DNA of 64,000 nucleotides, taken from positions 34,014-98,013 of the forward strand of contig CAVSLF010000004.1 of assembly GCA_963728595.1 (NCBI GenBank), given 5' to 3'. The notes beneath the pieces are model-generated. The model worked only from the letters and a program-made list of their open reading frames with translations, ran no database searches and was not told the origin of the DNA. The stretch comes from an uncultured Nitrososphaeraceae archaeon (GTDB lineage Archaea > Thermoproteota > Nitrososphaeria > Nitrososphaerales > Nitrososphaeraceae). Positions 63,030 to 64,000 of this stretch are shown here, piece after piece (positions within the stretch are counted from its first letter, which is position 1; each line of letters opens with the position of its first letter). A program made the translations under genes and the position numbers.

Positions 63030-64000
63030 TTATCTTGGCTCAATAAGAGCAGCTTTTTTGGCAGTACTAGTCATTTCATTTGTCACATCAAATTCATACG
63101 CAAAGGGGCTATCAAACCATGTCACAGAATTGTCCCACCTGAATGTAACCTTTGGACTGCCCCTACGAAATCAACTGGTCGTATTTACCTCCAAATTTTT
63201 CTCCTCCTCCCTCACCTATTTTACCCCACCCCATATCTTCCTTGTCGCATCTTAAATACTTCAGTTCCCATGATCCGTCACACATTTCATCTAAAAACTG
63301 CATAATACAAACTCCACGCCTTTGATCATCGTAGACAAAGTTGTACAGCCCTACAGCATATCCTATTCGTTTATCATAGATGTTACCTTTTGTTGCCTGA
63401 TATTTTTTAGAGAACTGATATCCCCCCGTGTGCCATATTTCTTTCTTCACACTCAACGAACCTTCAATGTCCAAATTACCTTTGTATGCAGTTCCGCCCA
63501 TTCCATCATGAATCTCCTTATTGTGGCGCAGACTTCTGCTAAAATAGGAAAACCCATTTTTTGTTCCTTCCTTTCTCTGAATATACATTCCCCAAATAAC
63601 ATTCAAAAAGTCCGTCTTTGGATCAACCCAACTTCCTCTTTGCTCTAATTCTTTAAATCCAGTTGTTCTTGATATGATTTCATTCTCTTCCCATTTCTTC
63701 AGCAACGTTATGCCATTGAACAATGTTAGTCTGATCTTGTTACCATCCACAGTCCATTGATTGATGATGTTACCATTACTGTCCTGAATATTTGCAATTG
63801 GTCTAAGATTGGAAGCATCCCCATTCAGTACGCAAAATTTTTCTCTATCCAGTTTTTCGTTATCTGGAAACATTTGTATTTGTTTTATTCCAGAAGGGGG
63901 AAAACCTGGGATATATTCTTGCTTTTTTCTGAAATTATTATCGATATGAGCTACTTTGTTTTCTTTATTTGAAGATCTAGTTCCACCTAAATATCTCAAA
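63030..64000 (-). CDS. Hypothetical beta-rich (lyase/carbohydrate-module-like) protein, 5' partial, +1 indel near 63165
   Basis: YKGNL..EG....KKEIWHTGGY, IGYAVGLYN; deleting one A turns TCG TAG GGG into TCG TGG GGC and extends the frame as SWGSPKVTFRWDN...IEPR* to 63030. Confidence 0.6.

Noticed and set aside
1..64000. tRNA, rRNA, integrase, transposase, provirus or att sites
   Set aside because: No cloverleaf or T-loop signature, no long GC-rich RNA gene and no recombinase or capsid motifs found by eye

Overview
AT-rich archaeal chromosomal DNA. Gene content and style point to a soil ammonia-oxidising archaeon of the family Nitrososphaeraceae (inferred, not searched): TATA boxes about 25 nt before start codons, Lrp/AsnC and winged-helix regulators, SUI1, PsbP-like, discoidin, CHRD and RTX-type secreted proteins, and many Zn-binding microproteins. 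It is an accessory region dominated by secreted and cell-surface proteins. These include four calcineurin-like (purple-acid-phosphatase-type) metallophosphoesterases with different accessory modules, a Tat-exported bicupin, a two-domain multicopper oxidase, an HtrA protease and an RTX protein/ABC ATPase/COG1361-like/MacB-type permease operon. It also carries a DUF47-Pit phosphate transporter pair preceded by an unannotated small HTH-like gene, tandem DUF488 genes, an EEP nuclease/phosphatase next to a P-loop kinase, an Mrr-like nuclease, methyltransferases and an SDR. About ten genes are split by single-base indels, probably mostly assembly errors. Reading below the ORF-track cut-off revealed several microproteins, a shared 4-Cys secreted module, gene remnants and a candidate multi-stem structured RNA at 40895-41035. 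I found no rRNA, tRNA, CRISPR array, integrase or transposase. No clearly new system can be proven from sequence alone; the best candidates are in the findings.
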